From assembly GCA_038861545.1 (NCBI GenBank), contig JAWCCZ010000006.1:12079-76078 (forward strand): 64,000 bases of DNA, read 5' to 3'. The DNA is from Thermofilaceae archaeon (lineage in GTDB: Archaea; Thermoproteota; Thermoprotei; Thermofilales; Thermofilaceae). Positions 29,718-39,225 of the stretch are shown here, one piece after another. Each line of letters opens with the position of its first letter. Position 1 is the stretch's first letter. The position numbers were made by a program, and so were the translations under genes. The notes beneath the pieces are model-generated. The model did no database searches and was not told the origin of the DNA. It saw nothing but the letters and a program-made list of their open reading frames with translations.

Positions 29718-31607
29718 ATGTCTTTAAGTATTAAGGAAGGCGGAAAGATGCTCTCCTGGCGTGTTATCCTAATATACTTGTTTATAGTAGTTGTTTTACA
29801 CCCCGTTTTGATTTACAATTGGCTTACAAGCGGTCTCTGGGGCGTAGCAGGATTAAACGCTTGGGCAATTATACTGATCTTAGTCTGGTTAACAGCGAGA
29901 ACTGGTTCGCCGTTAACGAAGGGCGAGATCTTTGCATTAAGGATGATAGACTCAGCAGGCTTGATGTACACTGGCTACTATTTCGCTTACATGCTTCGAA
30001 ACATGTACTTCGCTAACTCCGAGATAGCTAAATTGTTTGGCCTCCAAGAGGAGGTTCCACCGTTCTTCGCACCTATCAAAGAGGACTTCATTCGAGTATC
30101 TATATTTAGAACGTTTTTCGATAAAGCATGGCTTCAGCCGATATTCTCTACCATCATAATACCTTTTGCTCTAGTCGTAACTGCGAACTACATACTCGGG
30201 CTAATATCCTATAGCATCTACGTCAGGGAGGAGCGGCTAGCGTTTCCATGGGCATCGTGGGACGCTAGAATGATGATCGCGTTCGGAGAGCGAGAGCCGA
30301 CTAGGATTCGAACAATCTCCTTGGCAATAATCGTCGGCGCGCTGTACGGTTTCATGACCAGCGGTTTATCGACTATCTTCAGATATCCGCTCGTCCCCCG
30401 TATGATGGTTGACTTCACGAGCTTGGTGGAAAATGTGATGCCTGGAGCAGCTTTCGCTTTCACAACGGACTTCATGAGCTACGTAGTCGGTTTTATTCTT
30501 CCGGTCAGGTATACTGTTCTTCAACTCGCTGCCTCCGCAGCAATATCGGTGCTCGGTAACTACTATGTAACAATTAACGATTTATGGCCAGCTGAGGCTA
30601 AATGGCAACCGGGTAGAGGTATACTCTGGAACTTTAACATGTCAACCGTTTACTTCTGGAACAGCTTTACGCTGGGCTGGGGTCTCGCAGCAGCTCTGCT
30701 CCCATTAATAATCAGATATAAAGTAGTAGCCCGTGCATTCTCTGGTATCACTAAAGGACTTTCGGGTAGTACCGGTATCAAGTGGCTGGACTCTAAGTAC
30801 CTTCTAGCCTCTTACTTGCTGATAACATTGCTGTCAATAGCATTTGTGGAGTCGCTGGCACCAGGTTTTCCAATACATATACTCCTCCTATTCACTGTGG
30901 GAATTTCGCTACTTATCACTCTGCTACAGACACATGCAGCCGGTATTCTAACGACAGTGAATATTCCCTATCTTCGTGAAGCTTTAATATACTTCAGCGG
31001 TTATAGGGCATTAAGTATCTGGTTTGTCTCCTCCGATGCAATGCTATTCACAGGAGGCTCGGGAGTTGCGCAGCAACTATTACAAGCTACAATGGTTGGA
31101 GTAGATGTAAGAGAGTACACTAAGGCTTACTTCATGCTGTCGCTCTTGGGGCTGGTAGGTAGCTTCGCCTTCGTCTCGCTTTTCTGGTATCTCTTCCCCA
31201 TACCCGGACATGCTTATCCGTATACTCTATCAGGATGGCCAGTTGAATCGATGAACTTCTGGCGCTGGCAGTCCTGGCTTTGGACAGGTTACCTTTTCCG
31301 GAGAAACTGGATGATAATGGGCTTCGGGCTCTCAACGGCAATGTACTTTATCTCTGACTTCCTATTGCATGATTTCTCTCTGCCTGTAGCGTTCATGAGC
31401 GGCATGCTGCTACCAATACATACGGCTTTAGCATACTTTGCTGGTTCACTAATCTCGAATTTCATAGCAAAGTATGCAGGGGAGCAATGGTGGAATGAGA
31501 ATAGAGGGTACATAGCTATGGGTTTATGGCTCGGTGATAGTATAGTCTCGGCTTTCCTAATGTTAATGCAGCTGCTCAGTAGGTCCATCTGGTTACTGCC
31601 GTATTAA
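29718..31607 (+). CDS. OPT-like polytopic peptide/small-molecule transporter
   Basis: Many TM segments; YVREERLAFP motif paralleling ERLPYP in 22854..24863; 6 nt downstream of the fusion gene. Confidence 0.7.
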   Translation: MSLSIKEGGKMLSWRVILIYLFIVVVLHPVLIYNWLTSGLWGVAGLNAWAIILILVWLTARTGSPLTKGEIFALRMIDSAGLMYTGYYFAYMLRNMYFANSEIAKLFGLQEEVPPFFAPIKEDFIRVSIFRTFFDKAWLQPIFSTIIIPFALVVTANYILGLISYSIYVREERLAFPWASWDARMMIAFGEREPTRIRTISLAIIVGALYGFMTSGLSTIFRYPLVPRMMVDFTSLVENVMPGAAFAFTTDFMSYVVGFILPVRYTVLQLAASAAISVLGNYYVTINDLWPAEAKWQPGRGILWNFNMSTVYFWNSFTLGWGLAAALLPLIIRYKVVARAFSGITKGLSGSTGIKWLDSKYLLASYLLITLLSIAFVESLAPGFPIHILLLFTVGISLLITLLQTHAAGILTTVNIPYLREALIYFSGYRALSIWFVSSDAMLFTGGSGVAQQLLQATMVGVDVREYTKAYFMLSLLGLVGSFAFVSLFWYLFPIPGHAYPYTLSGWPVESMNFWRWQSWLWTGYLFRRNWMIMGFGLSTAMYFISDFLLHDFSLPVAFMSGMLLPIHTALAYFAGSLISNFIAKYAGEQWWNENRGYIAMGLWLGDSIVSAFLMLMQLLSRSIWLLPY

Positions 31608-31634
31608 AGAGCTCACCTTCAACTATTTTTCAAA

Positions 31635-32444
31635 TTATTCTGAAGAACGTTTAGCTACTGCTAACGTGGAACCAGTTACTAAAAGTGCTACTCCAGTAAC
31701 TGAAAACATGGACACGATTAGCGATTTAACGATCTCCCTCCTATCGGGTCGCAGGGCTCCAACAAAGAACAAAGCTACTTCTTGTGAGAGAGTCGTTAAT
31801 ACTGCAACTCCTATAGTTACACATCCGACTAGTAGAAGAACAGCTACCAGTTCAGACTTAGGCGTAACTCCCTCAAGACATTCCTTGATTATATCCTGAG
31901 GTACAAGATTGGGAATAGACTTGGCTAAAGCCTTTAAAACTGGTGGAACAACAAGTAACTGGAAGGGTAGCATAGTCGAGAACCACCAGATGGTTAACCC
32001 AACGCTAAGCCCAGGTAAAAGCTCAATCGGCACGACACCTATAGTTGCTTGGTATAGAATGTAGAGAACCGCACATAAGGCGTTCCCGACACCTAGCGCT
32101 AACGTCGACGCTGCTATGAATCTCGGCCATCGAAACCTTCCCTGAAGCAATTTTCCGAATAGGTAAAAGGCTAAGAAGTTTGAAGGTACTGCAGCCACTA
32201 AGCTCGGAATGTATAATGTAGCATGCTTTATTGAATCCGCGATCAACGTACCAATGGCTGCGCTCAACCCTCCGACAACCGGCCCTAAAAGCAATGCAAA
32301 AATGCTTGGAATAATTACCGCTGGCCTAAATTGACCCAAACCCCAAGGGCTCTGGATATAGGCTGTTGCGTATGAGCCCACGAAGTACAGAGCAGCTCCT
32401 AGGCTCGTAAACGCGACGAGTTTTGAAGGGGTTCGCGTTTTCAC
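31635..32444 (-). CDS. ECF transporter S component (QueT-like) with two extra C-terminal TM helices
   Basis: AALY, QFRPAVIIP, GPVVGG..AAIGTLIAD. Confidence 0.75.
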   Translation of the reverse strand: MKTRTPSKLVAFTSLGAALYFVGSYATAYIQSPWGLGQFRPAVIIPSIFALLLGPVVGGLSAAIGTLIADSIKHATLYIPSLVAAVPSNFLAFYLFGKLLQGRFRWPRFIAASTLALGVGNALCAVLYILYQATIGVVPIELLPGLSVGLTIWWFSTMLPFQLLVVPPVLKALAKSIPNLVPQDIIKECLEGVTPKSELVAVLLLVGCVTIGVAVLTTLSQEVALFFVGALRPDRREIVKSLIVSMFSVTGVALLVTGSTLAVAKRSSE

Positions 32445-32517
32445 GAAATAGCCTGCTAAAAATCGCTTTTAACACTGCTGTTTAATCATTTAAACAGTTA
32501 AAACTAAAAAGGGTTAT

Positions 32518-33267
32518 CTAAGCTTGAAGTGTACAAAGGGCTTTTAAAACACCTTTAGCGGCTTTTAGTTCGAGTTCCTTTCTTTTTTCCGCTCCTGCTT
32601 CCATGAACTCGCCGGTTGCAAGATTATCTATAACGATTAACGCTGCTCCCACCTTTAACCCTTTTAGCCTAGCTACTGTAAATATTGTGGCACACTCCAT
32701 TTCAACCGCTAAAGCCCCCATCCCACTCCATAAAGGTAGATTAGCTTCCTCGGCGTGGAAGGCATCGCTGGACGCTACAATTCCTCTGTGCACATTTAAC
32801 TTCTCCTCTTTAAGAGCTCTTTCAAGTTCTAGCACCACCTCTGGGTCCGCCACTGCAGGGTAGAAGACGCCTGGGGCATACATCGCCACTGTGCCCCCCG
32901 GGTTATGCATAGCGCCGAGCGCTACCACGGTATCACCTAGGTTCACCTCACTTGTAAGACCTCCGCATGTTCCAAGCCTAACGATTAGCTTCGCGCCTAG
33001 CATTTTGAGTTCCTCGACGACGATTGCAGCTGACGGCCCACCAATACCGTGCGTAGCTACAGTAATCAAGTTATCTTTGAAGAAACCGGTATATGTGTTA
33101 AAACCCCTATGAAGATTCACTGCACTAGCGTTACTCAACAATTCCCGAGCTATCAGGTCCGCGCGCCCTGGGTCGCCAACCACTAAAACTTTTTCTGAAA
33201 TTTCCCCTGGTTTAGCCAGTATATGGTATGGTTTCTTCGCAAGTATGTGCTTAGACTGTTTCAGCAT
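32518..33267 (-). CDS. Nucleoside phosphorylase (PNP/UDP hexameric family)
   Basis: VGDPGRA, THGIGGPS, RLGTCG, SSDAF, AVEMECA. Confidence 0.93.
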   Translation of the reverse strand: MLKQSKHILAKKPYHILAKPGEISEKVLVVGDPGRADLIARELLSNASAVNLHRGFNTYTGFFKDNLITVATHGIGGPSAAIVVEELKMLGAKLIVRLGTCGGLTSEVNLGDTVVALGAMHNPGGTVAMYAPGVFYPAVADPEVVLELERALKEEKLNVHRGIVASSDAFHAEEANLPLWSGMGALAVEMECATIFTVARLKGLKVGAALIVIDNLATGEFMEAGAEKRKELELKAAKGVLKALCTLQA

Positions 33268-33354
33268 AGTTTTCCTACTAAAACTAATTTTTAGCGTTTT
33301 CCTCGGTTAGTAGAAGTGTACTGCCTGAGGTATAGAATTATCCGAGCAATTGAC

Positions 33355-34197
33355 TTAGAGTTTTGCTAGAAGGTTTTCTAGAAACATATACGAGGTTGTT
33401 ACTTCTCTATCCAGATCGCTGCACTCAAGTTCTCTGCTGAATCCCTCTGTAACCAAGTAACCCTCGTAGTGTATACGTTTGAGTTTTCTAAGTATAGTGG
33501 AAATGTCAACCCCTATGCTCTTATTCCAGTATTCGTTTGCAGGATCGACTAGATGCACAAGTTTAATCCAATCCCTACAAGCATCTATATGCTCTTCTAA
33601 TGACTCGCGATTTGGTCTCGCATGGACGTTACTGACTTCAAGGCATAAACCCACGCTATCAGATCCCACGGTCTCTAAAAAGTTCAAGATACTTTCCGAG
33701 GAAGTGAAGAAAATATTGACGAACTCAATGGCTAATTGGACTCCGCTTTCTTCGGCTAAGCGAGCGCTTTTACTGACAAGTTCTAAGGTCCAGCGATAGG
33801 CTTTTTCGCTAGGGACGCCGAACACGGGTAATGGGCTAATTCCATACATTACAGTGTCCCCCTCAAGGTAATGAGCTAGATGAATAGCATTTTTCAAGCG
33901 TTTAAACGCAAGCACCCTATCTGCTTCAGTGGGTAAAAGCTCTAAGCCGGGAGCGAACGTGGGGATCGTTATTCCTGAAGCTTTCAGGTTTAAGTGTTCT
34001 AAAAGCTCTTTAAGCTGTTTCTTTTCTCTCTCCGACATAGCTGAAGGCCAGAACTCTAACGGATACTCGCATAGGTCAACAGCTCTGTAATAGTTTTTCA
34101 CTATCCTCTTCAGGATTTCGACCAGCGTGAAGTTAAAGGTTCTTCCAGGCCATTCATAGCATTTCCAGAAAACCCTAGTCATTATGGAAATTTTCAT
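33355..34197 (-). CDS. Xylose-isomerase-like TIM barrel with divergent metal ligands
   Basis: LAIEFVN, GLCLEVSNV, VHLVD, YEGYLVTE; ATGA overlap with the dehydrogenase. Confidence 0.75.
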   Translation of the reverse strand: MKISIMTRVFWKCYEWPGRTFNFTLVEILKRIVKNYYRAVDLCEYPLEFWPSAMSEREKKQLKELLEHLNLKASGITIPTFAPGLELLPTEADRVLAFKRLKNAIHLAHYLEGDTVMYGISPLPVFGVPSEKAYRWTLELVSKSARLAEESGVQLAIEFVNIFFTSSESILNFLETVGSDSVGLCLEVSNVHARPNRESLEEHIDACRDWIKLVHLVDPANEYWNKSIGVDISTILRKLKRIHYEGYLVTEGFSRELECSDLDREVTTSYMFLENLLAKL

Positions 34198-35282
34198 CCA
34201 TCCACCTCAGTCAGCTTGAACAGTGGATTGTAATCAATCTTCAGCGGCAGGGTTACAGTTTCTCTTAAACGGGCTGATTCAAAGATAGCCATTAAAACTT
34301 CTAAAGTTTTACGAGCTTGAAACCCGCTAGATAATGGCTGTCTGTCTTCTTCAACGCTTTTCACCAAATCTTTTATAATTTCAACGAAGGGGTCACTTTG
34401 AGGTATTAACGGAGTTTCCCATTTATCCATGCCTTTCCCCCAGTACCTAAGCCTCGGTTCATTCCATTCTCCTACCTCCAGTGTTCCATTGCTACCAGCC
34501 ACGTAAAAGGAGCAATATGGGATTCCCCGGTTCCACCAGTTTATTCTCTTAGCTCTGCCAAGATTCTTGAACACACTTTCGCTACTAAAACCGAACTGGC
34601 CTAGGGGGACTTGAGTACCTGTTATTTGCGAAGTCTCGACGAATACTTTGACACCATTGCTAAGTTTAAGGTAGCCGATAGCGGCATCTTCAACTAGGTG
34701 CCCATACCTCCTACGTTTCTCATAGAGGTCAACTTGTCCTATAACCCACTCGGCATTCGAGTCACCGGCCAGGAAAAACGCGAGGTCCACTAGATGCGTC
34801 CCGTCGCTCAACATGTCGCCCACGGCTGCTCCATGAATAAAAGTCACTTCTCCGATGACGCCTGAAGCCAGCAATTTTCTAGCTAAAATATATTCACCTG
34901 AGTAACGTCTGATGTGAGCTACGGCAAGCTTCGACCTAGCCCTTTCACAGGCACTAATCATAGTATCTGCATCTTTAAGTGTAAGGGCTATAGGCTTCTC
35001 GCATAAAATTCCATTTACTCCAGACTCGGCTGCTGCAACGGTTATTTCACAGTGCAAGGATGGCCATGTGCAGACGCTTACCAGATCGAGATCTTCTTTT
35101 TTAAGCATCTCCATGTAATCTGTATATGTTCGCTCAACACGATACGTTTCCTTAAATTTATAGAGCTTAGTTACATCAATATCGCATGAAGCTGTTATCT
35201 TCATACCTAACTCAAGGTAAGCTCTAGCGTGGGCTGCAGCAATGTTTCCCGTTCCGATGATCCCTACATGATACTCATACAT
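34194..35282 (-). CDS. Gfo/Idh/MocA family oxidoreductase
   Basis: IIGTGNIA, CEKP, DGTHLVD. Confidence 0.92.
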   Translation of the reverse strand: MYEYHVGIIGTGNIAAAHARAYLELGMKITASCDIDVTKLYKFKETYRVERTYTDYMEMLKKEDLDLVSVCTWPSLHCEITVAAAESGVNGILCEKPIALTLKDADTMISACERARSKLAVAHIRRYSGEYILARKLLASGVIGEVTFIHGAAVGDMLSDGTHLVDLAFFLAGDSNAEWVIGQVDLYEKRRRYGHLVEDAAIGYLKLSNGVKVFVETSQITGTQVPLGQFGFSSESVFKNLGRAKRINWWNRGIPYCSFYVAGSNGTLEVGEWNEPRLRYWGKGMDKWETPLIPQSDPFVEIIKDLVKSVEEDRQPLSSGFQARKTLEVLMAIFESARLRETVTLPLKIDYNPLFKLTEVDG

Positions 35283-35437
35283 GCAACCTGCATAGAAACG
35301 CTAATATTTAATGCTACTTTAGTCCACAAAACATTCTCCGAAGATCTTGAAATTGGATAGACCTTTTACTCCACATAGAACATGGGTCGATTAATTTAAG
35401 TAAAACTTAAAATGACAGTGAGACGCACTTTTCCTCC

Positions 35438-36514
35438 GTGAGGCTTAAGTCACTGTTTACATCGCTTGCTTTATTTGCGTCTCTGCTCACCGTTTCTGCA
35501 CAACCTGTTAAATGGGTAACCTATGGGGAAGCACTTAACTTAGCTGTTAAAGAGTGGAAGCCTATATACATTTACTTTTTCTCTGATAGATGTCCTTACT
35601 GCAGTATGATGGAGGATACTTTTTCTAATCAAAGTGTGATGAAGGTATTAAGCACGGGTTTTGTAGCTGTGCGGGTAAACATTGCAGAGCAGCCTGACTT
35701 AGCTTCAACATACGGTATTCCTGGAACTCCTTCCCATGTATTCCTTTATCCCAACGGTAGCTTAATTGGGGGAGTCGCTGGCTATAGAGATCCCGAGAGT
35801 TTTCTCGCAATACTTCATAAGGTTTTGAGCATAATTGGGCCGGCTAGCAGCAGTAGTGAAGCCAGAAGTTCTCCTTCACATGATTCAGAAATGTTAAGCG
35901 CGTTTGCATCTTTCACTTTAGGGTTAATTACACCTCTTACTCCATGCATACTTCCGATGCTACCAGTAGTGCATTTAATATCATCGAAAAGCGGGCGAAA
36001 AGGAATACTTCTTTTCTCACTGGGTTTTATGTTCACCTACAGCATCCTAGGTATAATAGCCAGCGGTTTTCTTTTATTTATTAGAAACACGATTGAACCA
36101 GCTGTTCACTTTCTCTTACTCTTATCCGGTTTAGTTTTAACTGTGAACCAGGCAAATAAGCTGTTTTCAGCTTTACTAGGTTTTTTAACAAATAGGCTTG
36201 CAGGAATAGTGCGTAGCAGGAGCACTTTAATCCTAGGCGGGTTAAGTGTATTTCTTTGGGGGCCATGTTTAGCCCCTATGGCTGGGGCTGCTCTCGCCAC
36301 CGCGGTTATCGTAGCCAGTCCTGTTTTCGTTTACCTGTCTACGGTGCTTTTCGCCCTCGGTTTCTCTACTATGCTGTATATTTTATTGATTGCAATGAAG
36401 AAAGCTCGAGGCTTAGCTACTAAGCGGCGGGCTTTAAAGAGCTTCGAGAAACTGTTAGGTTCCATTATGGTATTTTCAGCTCTTCTCTACTTTAGCGGTC
36501 TAATTAAGTTTTAA
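35438..36514 (+). CDS. Extracellular thioredoxin (CPYC) fused to a CcdA/DsbD-beta membrane domain
   Basis: Signal peptide, CPYC, GTP cis-Pro, TPCILPMLP and WGPCLAP. Confidence 0.88.
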   Translation: MRLKSLFTSLALFASLLTVSAQPVKWVTYGEALNLAVKEWKPIYIYFFSDRCPYCSMMEDTFSNQSVMKVLSTGFVAVRVNIAEQPDLASTYGIPGTPSHVFLYPNGSLIGGVAGYRDPESFLAILHKVLSIIGPASSSSEARSSPSHDSEMLSAFASFTLGLITPLTPCILPMLPVVHLISSKSGRKGILLFSLGFMFTYSILGIIASGFLLFIRNTIEPAVHFLLLLSGLVLTVNQANKLFSALLGFLTNRLAGIVRSRSTLILGGLSVFLWGPCLAPMAGAALATAVIVASPVFVYLSTVLFALGFSTMLYILLIAMKKARGLATKRRALKSFEKLLGSIMVFSALLYFSGLIKF

Positions 36515-36595
36515 CCTTAAATAATTCACCATGATACTTAACCGAACTATCCGGTACTAGAAGGGTTTATTTTCCAGTTTCTCTTAATTTAGTTT

Positions 36596-37135
36596 ATGAG
36601 GGAAGTTAAAACATTCTACCTCTTGCTTCATCCTAGGCCAGCTTACATTATAGGAAGCGGGAGATTCGGCGAGCGCGTAAACGTTATGGCTGCCTCGTGG
36701 GTTGTTCCGGCAGCTGAAGAGCCCCCATTAGTGGTCATATCGATAGGTGTTGACAGTCTTACTCACAAGTTAATCGAAACCTTCGGCGAGTTCACGGTGA
36801 ATATAGTATCCATGGAGATGCTGGGTCAGCTGTATTATGTTGGAAGGATAAGTGGACATAAGGAGGATAAAACTAAGCTTGTGAAAGTGGTTAAAGGGGA
36901 AAAGGTTTCAGCGCCGGTTGTAGATGGAGCCGTAGGCATAATTGAGTGTAAAGTGTATAGCAAAGCGAAAGCTGAAGATGTGACAATTTTTATCGGAGAA
37001 GTTCTGACTGCAAGGGCTGATGAGAGGTTTTTCGATGATCGGAAAGGTTGGGATTTCAAAGAGATTGATCTTCCTCTGCATAACTGGGGTCGCGGTTTTT
37101 ACGGAGTAGGTGCATTCAGAATGGCTAAAAGCTAG
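36596..37135 (+). CDS. Flavin reductase-like (DIM6/NTAB, flavoredoxin) protein
   Basis: HPRP, NVMAASW, EFTVN, IECKV, IFIGEV. Confidence 0.9.
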   Translation: MREVKTFYLLLHPRPAYIIGSGRFGERVNVMAASWVVPAAEEPPLVVISIGVDSLTHKLIETFGEFTVNIVSMEMLGQLYYVGRISGHKEDKTKLVKVVKGEKVSAPVVDGAVGIIECKVYSKAKAEDVTIFIGEVLTARADERFFDDRKGWDFKEIDLPLHNWGRGFYGVGAFRMAKS

Positions 37136-37217
37136 GTAAATATTTTCTAACAATTTAAATGAATGTTTATTCCACCTTTTTACACTAAACCAATCAGTTC
37201 CTATTAGTGCTGGGTTA

Positions 37218-37460
37218 TTAGTCTTCCTCTTCTTCCTCTTCCTCGTAAAATTCTAATCTTTCCCGGGTTGCCTCTTCCTCCTCTGGATGCTTACGTAGGT
37301 GTTCTATTAAGGATGCTTTACTTTCGAATTTCTTCCAACACTTCGGACAAACTAGGTAGTAGGGACCTCCCGGCGTATGCCAGGAAGCTATATGAGCTTG
37401 CATGTCTTCTTCGTAATAGAATAGAGCTCCACATTCAGGACATTCCCTCAATCCACTCAT
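37218..37460 (-). CDS. Small protein with two C2H2 zinc fingers and an acidic tail
   Basis: CPECGALF...HIASWH; CPKCWKKF...LIEHLRKH; poly-Glu C-terminus. Confidence 0.8.
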   Translation of the reverse strand: MSGLRECPECGALFYYEEDMQAHIASWHTPGGPYYLVCPKCWKKFESKASLIEHLRKHPEEEEATRERLEFYEEEEEEED

Positions 37461-37589
37461 AAGCCCTTAATCATATTACCTTTATACAGGCTTCGGTTGC
37501 ATTTAATACAAATCTGCCTGTATCTCAAACTAGCTAGTTTTAACTTGAATTCATAAATGGCGAGTAAATTATTTTTAAAATACGGGATT

Positions 37590-38627
37590 TTACGACTGGT
37601 ATTCCTCCAGAGAAAGATCGACTGTAGCTTCAAGTATATCCATTGAATAGTCGCAAACTCTTCTTAAGCTGTCCGCAATAAGCCTTATAATCATGTGCCG
37701 CCTAGCATCGCAAGGTTCTTCAAGTATCTTGCTTATGAATCTTCGTTCGGTTTCAATTAGCTTTGGCGGGTACTCGTCCAGCAGAGATAAAGCCCTAGCG
37801 CGGTCTCTAGTTGTGAAGCAACGTATTGAGTTAGTAAAAACTTCTTTAGCTAGCTTTGTCATTAGGTCTAGCTCGTTTTCAAGACCTTTAATTGACACAT
37901 GAGCTTCGATTAAAGACTCGGTATTAGCTGCTATCTTCTGGGCATGATCAGCGGCTCTTTCAATGCTCTTTCCAGTGATCGCGTACTCTATCGCCTCTTC
38001 AAGGCTTCTTAACCCAATCTCCTTTATGCTGACAAACCCTCTAACGCTAGCGTTAAGTTGTCTAAGCAAGTATAAGTGTAGTTTATCCACAAAGTCATCC
38101 CGCTCAACCACGTCCTTTAACAACTTAGTATCACTTGAGAACAAACCCTCCATTGAGTCGCTAATCATACCACCTGCTATTTGCCCCATTCTTTGGATTA
38201 CCACGTTAACTGGAAGTTCTTCCACGTTAACTAGTACCTGGAGAACTATCGTTTGCTCATTTTCTTCGAGGAGTTCAACTCCAATCATTTTATTGGCTAC
38301 AACTTTCCTTACAATGTCTCGGTACTCGATAGCATCGTCGGGGAAAAATATTTCTACAATCTTGTAGCCAGCTAGGTAGCGAGCCATAAGCTCCCTTATG
38401 AATGAATCTTTGCTTGTATCTCTCTCCACGCTCAACTTTATCACAGGCTTTTTCATCCTTTGAAAAGTGGGTGGGAGGATTCGTAGTGACCCGTCCGGCT
38501 CGAATGAGATGGAGACTGGTATACCCTGCTGAAGGCCAACCCGTTTGGCCCAGCCCTTAGGGAGCGACACAACGTACGTGGATTTACCAATCACTTGTAT
38601 CCTGCGTACTACTTCTCTAGTCTCCAC
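37590..38627 (-). CDS. phoU: Phosphate uptake regulator (AbrB + 2x PhoU)
   Basis: RRIQVIGKSTYVVSLPKGW, YLAGY, RDDFVDKL, IERAADHA. Confidence 0.92.
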   Translation of the reverse strand: METREVVRRIQVIGKSTYVVSLPKGWAKRVGLQQGIPVSISFEPDGSLRILPPTFQRMKKPVIKLSVERDTSKDSFIRELMARYLAGYKIVEIFFPDDAIEYRDIVRKVVANKMIGVELLEENEQTIVLQVLVNVEELPVNVVIQRMGQIAGGMISDSMEGLFSSDTKLLKDVVERDDFVDKLHLYLLRQLNASVRGFVSIKEIGLRSLEEAIEYAITGKSIERAADHAQKIAANTESLIEAHVSIKGLENELDLMTKLAKEVFTNSIRCFTTRDRARALSLLDEYPPKLIETERRFISKILEEPCDARRHMIIRLIADSLRRVCDYSMDILEATVDLSLEEYQS

Positions 38628-38650
38628 CTTTTAATCACCTTTCGTAAGCC

Positions 38651-38687
38651 CCTTATAGAATCCTTTAAAAACTTATACCACCTATAT
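38651..38687 (-). promoter_or_regulatory. Candidate pho-box-like direct repeats at about 10-bp phase upstream of phoU
   Basis: Plus strand CCTTATA 38651, CCTTTA 38662, CTTATA 38672, CCTATA 38681. Confidence 0.35.
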
Positions 38688-38724
38688 AAAAACTACTTAG
38701 AATACTTGCAAGCTATTATAGCTA

Positions 38725-39225
38725 TTAACTTACACTGCTTCTCAGTTTATTGAAACCCACGATAAGCGTGCCATTTAGGCCTGCCCCCTCCAGCAGTTGT
38801 AATAAGTAAATGTGGGCAAGAGGTGACGGTGATGCAACTATACAGTCTTCAACTATTGAATCCAGTTCGGGTATCCTCAAAGGTAATATAACTACTATGT
38901 GTTCGCCCCTGGAATCTTTTAAAGCCTCGTGTCGAACTTCCAACCCCCGCTCGGTAATAAATCCAATTTCTCTCCCACCAATTTTTAAAACCGCGTAAGG
39001 TCCGGGAGGCCAATTAAAGCCAGGAGACGTAAGCGCAGCAAAAACCTTTCTCCTCTTCAAGCATTCTTCTACGCCAATATTAACCGGTTTACCTAAAAAA
39101 CTCGTAAATTGGGAGTAGTTTAACTCGAGTTCTTTAATCCTGTTCCTCTCTTCACAGTTCAATTCCTTGACTTTAAGCACTCCTCGCCAGCTTAAAGTTT
39201 TTAATAGAGTTTCCTCGAATCTCAC
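38725..39225 (-). CDS. Hypothetical protein, coupled to the upstream dehydrogenase
   Basis: 166-aa ORF with a GTGA overlap with the gene ending at 39222. Confidence 0.65.
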   Translation of the reverse strand: MRFEETLLKTLSWRGVLKVKELNCEERNRIKELELNYSQFTSFLGKPVNIGVEECLKRRKVFAALTSPGFNWPPGPYAVLKIGGREIGFITERGLEVRHEALKDSRGEHIVVILPLRIPELDSIVEDCIVASPSPLAHIYLLQLLEGAGLNGTLIVGFNKLRSSVS

